DNA of 64,000 nt from Spirochaetia bacterium (GTDB lineage: Bacteria > Spirochaetota > Spirochaetia > SZUA-6 > Bin103): the NCBI GenBank assembly GCA_965203055.1, contig OZ241863.1, forward strand, positions 3,392,001-3,456,000, in the 5' to 3' direction. Below the pieces are notes generated by a model. That model was not told where the DNA came from, searched no databases, and worked only from the letters and a program-made list of their open reading frames with translations. Below, in pieces: positions 46,717 to 57,000 of this stretch (the first letter of the stretch is position 1; every line of letters starts with the position of its first letter). A program made the position numbers and the translations under genes.

Positions 46717-49425
46717 CTAACGGCGTGAATGCACGTACAGCTCGGTAAACTCCACCGGCCCGCCCAGGGCGCGCAGGGCGACCGCGTCGGCTTCCCCGCG
46801 CGCGACGTCGGGCGAGACCGCGACCTTGAACTGTTCCATTCCATCCACCAGTACGGTGATCGAGCCGTAACACGGCATGGCGCCCATCGGCTCCGCGCAG
46901 TCGGCGGGTTGGTAGAGCGCCTCCAGCGTCAACCCGGGCGTCAGCCCCTGCAACAGGTTGCGGCTGTTCAGCCACATCAGGCGATTGCCGTCCAGCGACT
47001 GGTAGAGCTGCACCTGGGTAGCTTCCGTGTCGTAGAAGTCCCGTTCGCGGGTTGCCCACACCAAGTAGGAGCGGCCGAAGTTCCAGGTGTTGCCCGACTG
47101 CGGCGTTCCCGAGGCGAGGAAGTGCAACCCGTACCCCACCTTCCGATCGCCGGCGGCGCGCACCGTTATGCCGTACAGGGTCGGCGCCGCCGGCTGCGGC
47201 ACGTTGCGGAACGCGAACTTGGCGTGGCTGCTGTCGGCCTCGACCTGGCTCACGACACCGGCCGGGGAGGTAATCCAGACCCCCTCGCCGGGCAGCGCCC
47301 GCCCCTCGCCGACGCCGCTCACCACGCGCCTGACGCCGGCGGAGCTCAACAGCTCGTCGCGCAACAGCTCGGCCGCGCTCCTGACCCGGTGGCCTTGCCC
47401 GCGCTGGGAGATCACGATCTGTCCGCCGCGCTCGAACCGCAAGGTAAAGGAGTAGGCCGCGCCGCCGACCCCGACGTTGGAGATCACCATCGTCTCGGGG
47501 CCGAGCACGTCGATGGCCGGCGCCGACAGGTCGAGCTCCGGCAGGGTGCCTGAAGCGGGATCAAACAGCTCCTCCACCACCCCCCGGCTGGCGCCGGTGT
47601 AGCGCAACCGCGCGGCCAACTCGCCGCCGTCATACCTGATCCCGGAGACGTAGATCGACTCCGGCCCGGCGACCGACACCTGCGCGCGGTCCAGCTCCAG
47701 GAGATTGAAGTCCACCGCGGTCGGCGTGATGCGCCGCCCCGCGCGGTCCCGCATCAGCACCGCAAGTTCGGCGCGGACCTGCGCCGCGGCCGCCGCCGCG
47801 GCTGCGGCTTCCTCCTGCGCGGCCGCCACCTGCTGCGCCGAGGCGACCGCCGCAGCCTCGGCCGCAACCTGCGCCGCCTCGGTCTCGGCCTGCGCCGCCG
47901 CTACCCGCTGCGCCCAAGCTGCCGCCGCGGTCGCCGCGGCCACTTGCGCAGCCTCGGCTTCAGCCTCCGCCGCCGCCACCTGTTGCGCCGGCGTGGGCGG
48001 CAACGTCACGCGCCGGATCCCGGCCACCTCCAAGCGGTTGCCGCCGGCGTAGCGCAGCCGTCCCGAGTAGCCCTGACCCTCCACTTCGACGTAGGAGACG
48101 TTCAGCGCGTCCGGCGGCACGAAGGCCAGCCGCGTCCGGCCCAGGCCCACCGAGTCGGGAATCAGCTTGCCGCGCGGCCCGTACACCTGCTCCACCGTCG
48201 CGCTGGTACCGCCGCGGTACTTCAACAATGCCGAATAGGTCTGGCCGTCATACCTGATCGACGACACGTAGATCGTGTCCGGCCCGGCCAGCGATGCCCG
48301 CGCCGTAGCGAAGCTCAACCGGTCCGGCATCAGTTGACCGGCGGCAACGGCTACCGCGGCCGGCTGATGCTCGGCCGCCCGCGCCATACCTGCCTCGGCC
48401 CGGGCAGCCGCGGCCTGCGCGGCGCTCACCGCAGCCGCCATCCCGGCCTGCGCCGCGGCCGCGGTCTGCTTCGCTTCCGCCAGCGCCGCGGCCGCCGCCG
48501 CCAGCTCCGCCAGCGCCTCACCGGCGGCCGCCTCGGCGGCTCCTGCCGCGGCCTGCGCCCGGGCGCCTTCAGCCGATGCCGCGGCGAGCTGCTCCTGCAG
48601 ACCGGCAATCCGCTGCGCCGCATTGGGCGGCAGCGTTACCCGCTGAATGCCGGCAACCTCCAACTCATTGCCGCCGGTGTGACGCAACTGACCCGCATAG
48701 CCGCGCCCGCCGACGCCGACGTTGGCCACCTCGAGGGTATTCGGCGCTACCAGCGAGAGACTCGTCTGCGACAGGTCCACCGAGCCGGGAATCGTGGCGC
48801 CATCCGCCGCGAAGACCCGCTCTACCGTGGCCGTGGTGCCGCCCCGATATTTCAGGAGCGCGGAATAGGGCTTCCCGCCATACCTGATCGCCGACACGTA
48901 GATGGTGTCGGGACCGGCCACCGTTACCTGCGCCGCCGAGAGATCCAGCAGGCCGGGATCGAGTTGTTCCGGGGAAACCCGGATGCCGGGGGCGGGCGCG
49001 GCCGCGCGCAGAGCCCTGACCTCGGCCTGCGTCCGCTCGGTTCCCGCCCGGGCCTGCGCGGCCTCGGCCCGGGCCGCCGCCGCAGCCCCCTCAGCCTCGC
49101 TCAGCGCCACTTCCGCGGCCGCCGCTTCCGCTCGCGCGGCAACGGCTTCTTGCTGCGCCGCGGCGACCTGCGCGGTCAGCGCCGCGGCCTCCGCTTCCAG
49201 CGCCGTCACCTTCTCCTGCAGGCCGCTTACCTGCTCGACGGTCGGTTCGGGGGCCGCGGTTGGTTCGGGAGCCGCTGCCTCCGCCGCCGCGGCCTCCTCC
49301 GGCTCGGCAGCCGCCGGCTCGCGCCCGGCGGAGGCCGGAGACACGCAGCCGATCTGACCCAGCATCATCGCAGCGCCAAGCAGCGCCGCGCCCAGTCCCG
49401 TTCTATACATCGTTCGCTCCGTCAT
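46717..49425 (-). CDS. Large (~900 aa) putative surface lipoprotein: Ala-rich coiled coils, three repeated beta-rich modules and a C-terminal globular domain
   Basis: Hydrophobic leader ending LGQIGC; three copies of AGP(D/E)(T/S)IYVS.IRY.G; start overlaps the stop of the upstream lpoB-like gene. Confidence 0.75.
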   Translation of the reverse strand: MTERTMYRTGLGAALLGAAMMLGQIGCVSPASAGREPAAAEPEEAAAAEAAAPEPTAAPEPTVEQVSGLQEKVTALEAEAAALTAQVAAAQQEAVAARAEAAAAEVALSEAEGAAAAARAEAAQARAGTERTQAEVRALRAAAPAPGIRVSPEQLDPGLLDLSAAQVTVAGPDTIYVSAIRYGGKPYSALLKYRGGTTATVERVFAADGATIPGSVDLSQTSLSLVAPNTLEVANVGVGGRGYAGQLRHTGGNELEVAGIQRVTLPPNAAQRIAGLQEQLAAASAEGARAQAAAGAAEAAAGEALAELAAAAAALAEAKQTAAAAQAGMAAAVSAAQAAAARAEAGMARAAEHQPAAVAVAAGQLMPDRLSFATARASLAGPDTIYVSSIRYDGQTYSALLKYRGGTSATVEQVYGPRGKLIPDSVGLGRTRLAFVPPDALNVSYVEVEGQGYSGRLRYAGGNRLEVAGIRRVTLPPTPAQQVAAAEAEAEAAQVAAATAAAAWAQRVAAAQAETEAAQVAAEAAAVASAQQVAAAQEEAAAAAAAAAQVRAELAVLMRDRAGRRITPTAVDFNLLELDRAQVSVAGPESIYVSGIRYDGGELAARLRYTGASRGVVEELFDPASGTLPELDLSAPAIDVLGPETMVISNVGVGGAAYSFTLRFERGGQIVISQRGQGHRVRSAAELLRDELLSSAGVRRVVSGVGEGRALPGEGVWITSPAGVVSQVEADSSHAKFAFRNVPQPAAPTLYGITVRAAGDRKVGYGLHFLASGTPQSGNTWNFGRSYLVWATRERDFYDTEATQVQLYQSLDGNRLMWLNSRNLLQGLTPGLTLEALYQPADCAEPMGAMPCYGSITVLVDGMEQFKVAVSPDVARGEADAVALRALGGPVEFTELYVHSRR

Positions 49426-50126
49426 TCCCACGAAAAGCTCTGGTTGTCGCCCAGCTTCGCGATCACCTGCTCGAACTCCCAGTAGGCGAGTCCGGTGGCA
49501 ATGTTGGTCATGGTAAGCTGGAAGTAGTAATCGACCTGCTGCTTGCCGTCGATCACGTTGGCGCGCTGGATGATCTTGCCGGACAGACTCAATTCCGGCG
49601 CCACCATGGTGCCGTCCTGGGCCACGGTGTCCTGATTGAACAGTTCCGAGTCCTGCAGTTCGCGGGTCTGCGCGCTCAGAGGATCTTCGGGACCCTCCAG
49701 ACCCACCGCGGTGGTCACGATGACCCGGCCGCTGTTGAGCAGGTCGACCCGGATCTTCTTGACGAGCTGATCGGTGTCGATGTTGAGCGTCGTATCGTTG
49801 ATCATGCGGCTGATCGCCATCACCCAGGGCGCGGTGCTGCCCGGTTTGCGCGACAGCGGGCTGCTGAGAAACGACGCCACCGCCTGCTCCGCGGCGTACT
49901 CGAAGTCGCGGTAATCGAGTCCCAGCGTCGTCGTCTCGCCGGGCTGCGGAGACGGCCGGTCGGTATCCAGATAGATCGGCGTGGTCCTGCAACCGGCCGC
50001 CAGCACCGCGGCCGCGGCGATGGCCGCGGCGGTGAACGACGTGACCCGCGCCAACCGGCCGGCCGCTGAGACCGCGCCGGCGCGGGTCGTGGACTGCGAG
50101 ATGACTGAGCGAGCGTGCTGATTCAT
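49422..50126 (-). CDS. LpoB-like / COG3417 lipoprotein (penicillin-binding protein activator family)
   Basis: Lipobox LAAGC, LGLDYRDF, INDTTLNIDTDQLVKKIR, LSGKI, YYFQLTM...GL.YWE. Confidence 0.8.
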   Translation of the reverse strand: MNQHARSVISQSTTRAGAVSAAGRLARVTSFTAAAIAAAAVLAAGCRTTPIYLDTDRPSPQPGETTTLGLDYRDFEYAAEQAVASFLSSPLSRKPGSTAPWVMAISRMINDTTLNIDTDQLVKKIRVDLLNSGRVIVTTAVGLEGPEDPLSAQTRELQDSELFNQDTVAQDGTMVAPELSLSGKIIQRANVIDGKQQVDYYFQLTMTNIATGLAYWEFEQVIAKLGDNQSFSWE

Positions 50127-50191
50127 TTCAGGTTCCTCCTCCTCGAACGAGGGACTGTCTGCGCGCGGCGGCGCGCGGCAACGGCGCCGCC

Positions 50192-51625
50192 CTACCCATC
50201 GCCGAACGCCGCGACGTGGACGGCGGGCGGCACGTCCGAACGAATGGTCTTCACTACCACCAGAACGTAGCGTCCCGCCGGCAGCACCAGCTCCCGCGCG
50301 GAGCCGGCCCCGGTTCCGATCGATATGCGGCCGTCGTCCGGGCGGGCGAGACTGGCGACCCCGATCGACTGCGGCAGCGCCCGCCAGATGCGGGTGTCGG
50401 CCTGGGTGACGACCGCGCTCGCGATCGGCGCGACTACGTTCAACACCGAGGCGATGCCGCCCTGCTCGCGCGCCTGGCGCTGGATCTCCAGTTGGATCAG
50501 ACTGCGGATCACGGTTCCCGCCACCGCCTTGAACACCACCGAATCGTAGCCGGCCTGGAACTCGGTGGCGGCATAGCGATCGACGTCCAGCAGCCGCTCG
50601 GTGCGGTGCTCCCGGCCCGCGGCGGTGACCTGCAGCGCGCCCGCGGCCGGCACGCCGGGGCGAAACTCAGGCAGCGCGGCGGAGACCACGAGCACCCCAT
50701 CGCCGGTGTAGATCGGCAGATCGAAGCGGAACGCCTCCAGGTAGGGCCCGGTACCATCTTCGTGGACGATCCATACCCGGCCGTCGGGCCGCGGCCCTCC
50801 GCCCGCCACCCGCTCGGCCTCCACCAGGTCGGCGAGCACGTGGCGGTTGCTCTGGCCGTCGAGCACCGCGGCGTTGCGGAACAGGTTGGAAGCGCGGTTG
50901 GCTTCGCCGGTCGCCAGCCGGAACACGCCGTGCAGCCAGTCGGTGAACGGATTGCGCAGGCCGCGGTATTGGCCCAACGACTCCACCGCCCGCAGCCGGG
51001 CGGCGACCGGTCCCTGCGGGTCCATCACCTCGTCCATCGAACGGCCGACCTCCTGCCGGTATTGCTCGTCGTCCTCTCCGGCTCCCAGCGCCCCCACCTT
51101 GGAGGCCAGTTGATGCACCGCGTTCTCCTGCCGCTGGTCGGCCCGGTTCAGCTCCACCCGGGCGCGGGCCAGGTCGCCGGTATGCAAGGCGTTCAACGCC
51201 TTGAAGGTATTGACCAGCACGCCGTCGTAGATGGTCCCCTGGTACGACACCATCAGATCGTTGCCCACCAGGGTGAACCCCGCCGCCAGCAGGTCCTCGA
51301 CGCTGGCGACTTCGTCCGCCTTCCACAGCAATTGCGATTCCGCGCGGTCGAATGCCTCCTGCGAGACGTCGAATCTGCCCGCCGCGCGCAGCGTCATGGC
51401 CGCGTGCAGGGAGGTCAGGAGTTGCTCCACCTCATAGTCGAGGCCGCTCTCGCCGCCGAGCAGCGCGCCCGCCGCGTCGTACTGGCCGGCGTGGTACTCA
51501 CCGAGGAACTGTTCGGTGCGGGTGAGGTCCGACATGCCGGCGCAGCCGCACAGCATGACGGCGAGAACGAGCGGCACTCCGAGAGGGATACGATAGCGCT
51601 TCCACACGGTGTGTCTTACGTTCAA
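50192..51625 (-). CDS. COG3014-like lipoprotein
   Basis: Lipobox LCGC, Y.GT.YD.VL.NT.KALN, ARVELNRA..RQ, ADTRIWRALP. Confidence 0.78.
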   Translation of the reverse strand: MNVRHTVWKRYRIPLGVPLVLAVMLCGCAGMSDLTRTEQFLGEYHAGQYDAAGALLGGESGLDYEVEQLLTSLHAAMTLRAAGRFDVSQEAFDRAESQLLWKADEVASVEDLLAAGFTLVGNDLMVSYQGTIYDGVLVNTFKALNALHTGDLARARVELNRADQRQENAVHQLASKVGALGAGEDDEQYRQEVGRSMDEVMDPQGPVAARLRAVESLGQYRGLRNPFTDWLHGVFRLATGEANRASNLFRNAAVLDGQSNRHVLADLVEAERVAGGGPRPDGRVWIVHEDGTGPYLEAFRFDLPIYTGDGVLVVSAALPEFRPGVPAAGALQVTAAGREHRTERLLDVDRYAATEFQAGYDSVVFKAVAGTVIRSLIQLEIQRQAREQGGIASVLNVVAPIASAVVTQADTRIWRALPQSIGVASLARPDDGRISIGTGAGSARELVLPAGRYVLVVVKTIRSDVPPAVHVAAFGDG

Positions 51626-51661
51626 GCTATGGCGCGCAAGCCACCGCTGTCAATCGAATCG

Positions 51662-53026
51662 TCAACCTCCGGCGGGCATCTCATCCATCGGATAGAACAC
51701 CAGCCCGGAAACCGGCTTGGGATAGAAGTAGGTGGACTTGCGCGGCATGCGCTCGCCGCCCCGGGCAATTTCCAGCACGTCCTCCAACCGCGTCGGATTC
51801 ATCAGCAGCGCCGCGTCCGCGGTGCGGCGGTCGACGGCCGCCAGCGCCTCGTCGATGCTCTTGGTGTAGCTCACCTTGGAACCGCCGTCGAGCTCGGCCT
51901 CGGTGATCCCGAGGATCTGCTCCAGCACCAGTACGTTGAGGATGTTCACGTCCAACCGCTTCCAGCGCGACGAGTAGTCCAGATCGACGAGCTGCTCGTA
52001 GGCCTCGGCATCCTTCAGCGTCGCCAGGTAGTAGCAGCCGCTGTTGCGGAGGTACGCTCCGATCTTGTGTTCCCCCGGCTCCGCGTCCGCCAGATCGCGC
52101 AGCCAGCGGCGCGTCGCCGCGGCGCGGCCCGCTTCGGCGTGGGTGTACTTGCGGACCCGAAAGTGCTCCATGATCGGCCCTTCCAGCGGGCGCCGGGCGG
52201 CGATGCGCAGATCGTGCAGGACGCGGTGGGTAGGCAGAATGGTCAGGCCCTGATGCTCGCTGTTGACCAGAAACATGAGGATGAACTCCCACGGCGCGTC
52301 GCGCCCCGCGCCGGGATGCCGGCGGCGCATTTCGTCGCGGAAGCTGAGCATGGTCTGGTAGCGGTGATGCCCGTCGGCGATGAAGATGGTGTGCTCGCGC
52401 ATCAGGCGCGAAATGGCGGCGCAGCGCCGCTCGTCGGTCAGCCGCCACAGGCGATGGCGCACCCCCTGCGGCTCCTCGCGGTGATCGATCGCCAACTCCC
52501 CCTGCTCCGCCCCCTCCAGGAGGTCGTCGATGGCGTAGGCCCGATCCTGGTAGATCGACCAGATATACTCCATCTGCACGTTGCTCGCGCGCATCAGTTG
52601 CAGGCGGTCTTCGACCACGCCGCGCATCACCTGCTCGTGCGGGAGGATGGCGCCGGCGGCGTAGTCCTGCAGCCGCACCAGGCCGATGAAGCCGGTCACG
52701 CGGCGCGCGCCGGTCTGCGGCAGGCTGAACTGCTGTTCGTAGACCCAGAACGCGGGCCGCCTGGTGCGCCGCAGGACCCCGCGGCGCACCCAGTCGTCGA
52801 GGCTGGCGGCGGCGCGGGTGTAGCGGTTGTCGCGCGCGCCGTCGGTGGGATACTGGCGGCCGAGGATGAGACGTACCACGTTGTATGAATGTTGCCGGTA
52901 GTAGCCCGCCTGCATCTCCGGCGAGATCACGTCGTAGGGTTGCGCCAGGCAGAGCCCGAGGTCGTCGATGCGCCGCGCATCGTAGTGCAGCGCGCGGAAG
53001 GGAAGGACGTCGTTGGTGGTGGTCAT
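51662..53026 (-). CDS. DUF1015 family protein
   Basis: PFRALHY, PYDVIS, ILPHE, IADGHHRY, ILPTHR, MPRKSTYFYPK. Confidence 0.88.
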   Translation of the reverse strand: MTTTNDVLPFRALHYDARRIDDLGLCLAQPYDVISPEMQAGYYRQHSYNVVRLILGRQYPTDGARDNRYTRAAASLDDWVRRGVLRRTRRPAFWVYEQQFSLPQTGARRVTGFIGLVRLQDYAAGAILPHEQVMRGVVEDRLQLMRASNVQMEYIWSIYQDRAYAIDDLLEGAEQGELAIDHREEPQGVRHRLWRLTDERRCAAISRLMREHTIFIADGHHRYQTMLSFRDEMRRRHPGAGRDAPWEFILMFLVNSEHQGLTILPTHRVLHDLRIAARRPLEGPIMEHFRVRKYTHAEAGRAAATRRWLRDLADAEPGEHKIGAYLRNSGCYYLATLKDAEAYEQLVDLDYSSRWKRLDVNILNVLVLEQILGITEAELDGGSKVSYTKSIDEALAAVDRRTADAALLMNPTRLEDVLEIARGGERMPRKSTYFYPKPVSGLVFYPMDEMPAGG

Positions 53027-53099
53027 GGTCCGGGTGCCGGTCGCCGCGCAGTGTTACCGAGGATGGCCGGCGCCGGCAAGCCGCCGCGGAGCGCCGCCG

Positions 53100-53873
53100 G
53101 TGAGCGGCAATGCGGTTGCCGCGGCGCTGCTGCGGGCGGCGCGGGACCTGAACGCCGCCCTGGCGGACCTGCGCTTCGCCGCTCCGGTGCGCACCGTGTA
53201 CGCGCCGCTGGAGTACGCTTGGTGCGGATTCCGCGCCTACGTCGAAGGGTACGCGCCAAGCCGCGCCCGGGCGCTGTTTCTGGGGATGAATCCGGGGCCG
53301 TTCGGGATGGCGCAGAGCGGGGTGCCGTTCGGCGACGTGGGCCTGGTGCGCGACTGGCTGGGGATCGACTGTCAGGTTCGGATCCCGGCCAACGTCCATC
53401 CGCGGCGCCCGGTGGAGGGCTTTCAGTGCCGGCGGCGGGAGGTGAGCGGCAGCCGCCTGTGGGGACTGTTTCGCGCCCGCTTCGAGCAGCCCGAGCGCTT
53501 CTTCCGGCACCACTTCGTGGTCAACTACTGCCCGCTGCTGTTTCTCGAAGCGTCGGGGCGCAACCGCACGCCGGACAAGCTGCCGGCGGCCGAGCGCGCG
53601 CCGCTGCTCGCCCGGTGCGACCACCATCTGCAGCGCGTGATCGGCCTGCTGCGCCCGCGCTGGCTGATCGGGGTGGGCGCCTTCGCCGATCAGGCGGCGC
53701 GGCGGGCGGCGGCGGCGCCCGGCCCCGCGCCGCCGCCGCGCTGCGTCCGGCTCCTCCACCCCAGCCCGGCCAGCCCGGCCGCCAACCGCGGCTGGGCGGA
53801 GCGGGCCGGCAACGACCTGGCCGCGGCCGGCGTCTGGAGCCGCGCCGGGGGCGCCGGCGGCCCCGGCGCCTGA
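53100..53873 (+). CDS. SMUG1-type (family 3) uracil-DNA glycosylase
   Basis: LGMNPGPFGMAQSGVPFG, EVSGSRLW, NYCPL, HPSPASP. Confidence 0.9.
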   Translation: MSGNAVAAALLRAARDLNAALADLRFAAPVRTVYAPLEYAWCGFRAYVEGYAPSRARALFLGMNPGPFGMAQSGVPFGDVGLVRDWLGIDCQVRIPANVHPRRPVEGFQCRRREVSGSRLWGLFRARFEQPERFFRHHFVVNYCPLLFLEASGRNRTPDKLPAAERAPLLARCDHHLQRVIGLLRPRWLIGVGAFADQAARRAAAAPGPAPPPRCVRLLHPSPASPAANRGWAERAGNDLAAAGVWSRAGGAGGPGA

Positions 53874-54052
53874 CCGCGGGCGCCGGCGCCGCCAGTTCTT
53901 CGCGCGAGTCGATTGACGAGCTTCCGGCAATTCACGTATGGTAGGTACTCTGGTAGCGCAGCCGACCCTGAGGTCGCGCGTGTGCCGGGAGGCGCGCGCA
54001 GCGCGAGTGAACGCGGCGCATAGTGGCCGCGGCATCTGCAGAACATTACTTT

Positions 54053-57000
54053 ATGAGCTTCTCCACCGTTCCCCCGCAGCAGGGATTGTACCATCCCGCC
54101 TATGAGCATGAGTCCTGCGGCATCGGGTTCGTGGTCGACATGTACGGCCGCAAGTCCCGCAAGCTGATCGACGATGCCCTCGACGTGCTCGCCCACCTCA
54201 ACCATCGCGGCGCCCGCGGCGCCGAACCGGATACCGGAGACGGCGCCGGCGCGCTGCTGCAGATTCCCCACGCCGCGCTGCGCCTCCTGGCGCGGGAGAG
54301 CGGCGTCGAGCTGCCGGAGGCCGGCGCCTACGGCGTGGGCATGTGCTTCCTGCCGGCCGACGCGGCGCAGCGCCGCTTGGTGACGAGCCTCGCCGCCGAG
54401 GTCATCGCGGAGTATGGCCAGGCGCTGCTCGGCTGGCGCGACGTGCCGACCGAGCCGGCCTCCCTGGGTCCCGCGGCGCGCGCCGTGCGGCCGCACGTCA
54501 GCCAGCTCTACGTCGGGCGCGGGCGCGGCATGGACGACGATCAGACCTTCGAGCGGCGCCTCTACGTGATCCGCAAGGTGCTGGAGAACCGGGTCAGGGA
54601 GACCCTGCCGGCGGACGCGCAGTGCTACGTCGCCAGCATGTCGCACCGCACCGTGGTCTACAAAGGCATGCTGACCACCCACCAGCTGCGCCGCTTCTAT
54701 CCCGAGCTGAACCATCCGGCGATGGAGTCGGCCATTGCCCTGGTGCACTCCCGCTTCTCGACCAACACGTTCCCGAGTTGGGACCGCGCCCACCCCTACC
54801 GCTACCTGATGCACAATGGCGAAATCAACACGTTGCGAGGCAATGAGAACTGGATGCGCGCCCGGCAGCCGAGCCTCCGTTCCGAGCTGTTCGGAGATGA
54901 TCTGGCCGCCACGCTGCCGGTGATCGACCCCTCCGGCAGTGATTCCGCCAAGCTCGACAACACCCTGGAGTTGATGGTGCTCGGCGGGCGCTCGCTGGCG
55001 CACGCGTTCATGCTGCTGATCCCCGAGCCGTGGACCAACCACGAGAGCATGAGCGCGGAAAAGAAGGCGTTCTACGAGTACCACTCGTCGCTGATGGAGC
55101 CGTGGGACGGCCCCGCGTCGGTGGCCTTCACCGACGGCATTCAGGTGGGAGCGGTGCTGGACCGCAACGGACTGCGGCCTTCCCGCTACTGCGTAACCCG
55201 AAGCGGGCTGGTGGTGTTGGCCTCCGAGGTGGGGGTGCTCGACCTGCCGCCCGAGGAGATCGTGCGCAAGGACCGCTTGCGGCCCGGCCGCATGCTGCTG
55301 GTGGACACCGGCCAGGGCCGCATCATCGACGACGCGGAGCTGAAGAGCGCCATCGCGGGAGAGCATGACTACGCGCTGTGGCTGCGCGACAATCAGGTAG
55401 ACCTGGAGCAACTTCCCGCCGGCGCGGCGCCGCCGCGGCTGGACGCCGGCGCGCGCGAGCGGCAACAGCGCGCCTTCGGCTACACCTTCGAAGACCTGCG
55501 CATGATTCTGGAGCCGATGACCCGCAACGCCATCGAGCCGGTCGGCTCCATGGGCAACGACGCGCCGCCGGCAGCCCTCTCCGACGCTCCCAAGCTCCTC
55601 TACCACTACTTCCGGCAGCTCTTCGCGCAGGTCACCAATCCGCCAATCGACGCCATCCGCGAGGAACTGGTTACCTCCGCGGTGATCACCCTCGGCGCGG
55701 AGGGCAATCTGCTGCAGGCGCGGCCCGAGAGCTGCCGCCAGGTGCGGCTGCAGAGCCCGGTGCTGTCGGCCGAGGAGCTGGAGCGGCTGCGCGCCCTGGA
55801 CGGGTATGCCGGCACCCACCGCGCGGTGACCCTGGCCGCGCTGTTTGCGCCCGCCGGCCGCGGCCGGGCGCTGCGCGCGGCGCTGGATGACCTGTGCGCC
55901 CGGGCGGACGCCGCCATCGCCGCCGGCGCCACCATTCTGATCCTCTCCGATCGCGGGGTGGACGCCGAGCGGGCGCCGATTCCGGCGTTGCTCGCCACCG
56001 CCGCGGTGCACCATCATCTGATCCGCTCCGGGACCCGCAGCCGGGTCGGCCTGGTGGTGGAGTCCGGCGAACCGCGCGAGGTCCACCACCTGGCCACCCT
56101 GATCGGCTACGGCGCCGGCGCGGTCTGCCCCTACCTGGCCTACGAGGTGATCGACGCCGCCATCGCCGAAGGGCTGTTCGACGAGCCGGCGGACGCCGCC
56201 GCCGAGGGCGGCGCCCCCGCCCCCCTCGCGCCCGCCGGCAGCAACGGCATGAACGACCATGGGGCGGCGCGGGGCCGCGCCGCCGCGGCCCGCTACAACT
56301 ACCGCAAGGCGCTGCTCAAGGGCATCGTCAAGGTGCTCTCCAAGATGGGCATATCCACCATCCAGGCCTACCGCGGCGCCCAGATCTTCGAGTCGATGGG
56401 CCTCAGCCGGGAGGTGGTCGAGCGCCACTTCACCGGTACCGCGGCGCGCCTCTCCGGGATCGGTCTGGAGGAGATCGCCGGCGAGGCGGCGGCCCGCCAC
56501 CTGCGCGGCTACGCGCCGCGCGCCGCGGTGAACGGCGCGCTGGACGCCGGCGGCGAGTACCAGTGGCGCGGCGACGGCGAGTATCACCTCAACAATCCGC
56601 AGACGATCCACAAACTGCAGCAGGCGTGCCGCGCCGGCGACTACCGCACGTTCAAGGAGTACAGCGCGCTGGTCGACTCCCAGCAGGAGAAGCTGGCGAC
56701 CCTGCGCGGACTGCTGGAGCTGACGCCGGCCGCCGAACCGGTGCCGCTGGAGGAAGTGGAGCCGGCCGACACCATCGTCAAGCGCTTCAAGACCGGCGCC
56801 ATGTCCTACGGCTCCATCAGCAAGGAGGCGCACGAGACCCTGGCGATTGCGATGAACCGCATCGGCGGCAAGAGCAATACCGGCGAGGGCGGCGAGGACC
56901 CGGCGCGCTACGTCCGGGACGCCAACGGCGATTCCCGCAACAGCGCCATCAAGCAGGTTGCCTCCGCCCGCTTCGGGGTAACCAGCCAGTACCTGGTCAA

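Noticed and set aside
47790..49330. Repetitive GC-rich DNA considered as a CRISPR array
   Set aside because: Repeats are in-frame coding Ala-rich units with no constant repeat/unique spacer pattern, and there are no cas genes.
50216..54035. Long alternative-frame ORFs (890 aa +, 784 aa -)
   Set aside because: They overlap the COG3014, DUF1015 and SMUG1 genes, which have clear motifs; the alternatives have none.
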